Shown here: piece after piece, positions 34,023 through 34,186 of the stretch
How the letters are laid out: every line of letters starts with the position of its first letter
Numbering within the stretch: position 1 is the stretch's first letter
DNA from: Bacteroidota bacterium
Lineage (GTDB): Bacteria > Bacteroidota > Bacteroidia > Bacteroidales > PXBB01
Length of the DNA stretch: 34,186 bases
Direction of reading: 5' to 3'
NCBI GenBank assembly: GCA_022708385.1
Contig: JAKIYU010000002.1
Coordinates: 1 to 34,186, forward strand
The notes under the pieces: generated by a model
Seen by the model: the letters and a program-made list of their open reading frames with translations, nothing else
What the model was told of the DNA's origin: nothing
Database searches by the model: none
Position numbers and translations under genes: made by a program

Positions 34023-34186
34023 ATGAATATATATTACAATAAACAGAATGATTGTTTAATTAAAAGTTATATTAATAAATTTTCTTGCATTTTTGCCTCT
34101 TTTGTGTTTTTAGTCTTTGGGTGTATGATGTTTTTTCCTTACAAGGCTGAAGCACAACAAATCATAGGTGTTTTTCCCGAGATGGA
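34023..34186 (+). CDS. 5' end of a secreted or membrane protein (continues past the window)
   Basis: The ATG at 34023 opens a frame that runs to the window edge: MNIYYNKQNDCLIKSYINKFSCIFASFVFLVFGCMMFFPYKAEAQQIIGVFPEM. This has a hydrophobic signal-like core and an AEA-QQ cleavage-like site. It is below the ORF-track length cutoff. Neither start nor function is verifiable. Confidence 0.3.
   Translation, partial: MNIYYNKQNDCLIKSYINKFSCIFASFVFLVFGCMMFFPYKAEAQQIIGVFPEM

Noticed and set aside
1-34186. Search for mobile elements, CRISPR arrays, tRNA/rRNA genes, prophage or defence-island signatures
   Set aside because: I found no transposase, integrase or recombinase motifs in any ORF, no regularly spaced direct repeats and no tRNA-like sequences in the few spacers longer than 100 nt. 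Gene content is conserved housekeeping throughout.

Overview
AT-rich chromosomal segment that looks like Bacteroidota, judged from gld/spr/T9SS genes, recurrent TAnnTTTG -7 promoter boxes and an atp operon without atpDC. It is densely packed with about 31 protein-coding genes. I see no rRNA, tRNA, CRISPR array, transposase or integrase. Contents from left to right: (i) type IX secretion and gliding genes interleaved with peptidoglycan genes: a PorP/SprF 3' fragment, gldJ, murF, anmK and a sprE/porW-like TPR lipoprotein. (ii) An F-type ATP synthase operon headed by a bactofilin gene and two small membrane proteins: bactofilin, atpZ-like, atpI-like, atpB-E-F-H-A-G. (iii) A 10.6-kb minus-strand head-to-tail array: ribBA, a capD/pglF-like dehydratase, a dGTPase-like HD protein, a rhomboid protease, a class IV aminotransferase, a 1090-aa propeller-sensor adenylate cyclase, a small HD hydrolase and a tandem USP. 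(iv) A DUF1573 protein, a DegT aminotransferase and a GNAT. (v) A sixA-ppk1-ppx polyphosphate module. (vi) An MqnC/MqnE/CofH-type radical SAM enzyme. (vii) An 876-aa T9SS type-B-CTD surface protein and the 5' end of another secreted protein. Most of this is core housekeeping, and I do not see a self-contained, clearly novel system. The best follow-up candidates are the sensor cyclase-HD-USP trio (a possible cAMP make/break/bind module) and the bactofilin gene that overlaps the first gene of the ATP synthase operon. All product calls come from motif recognition by eye on the supplied translations. No database search, HMM scan or folding calculation was possible.
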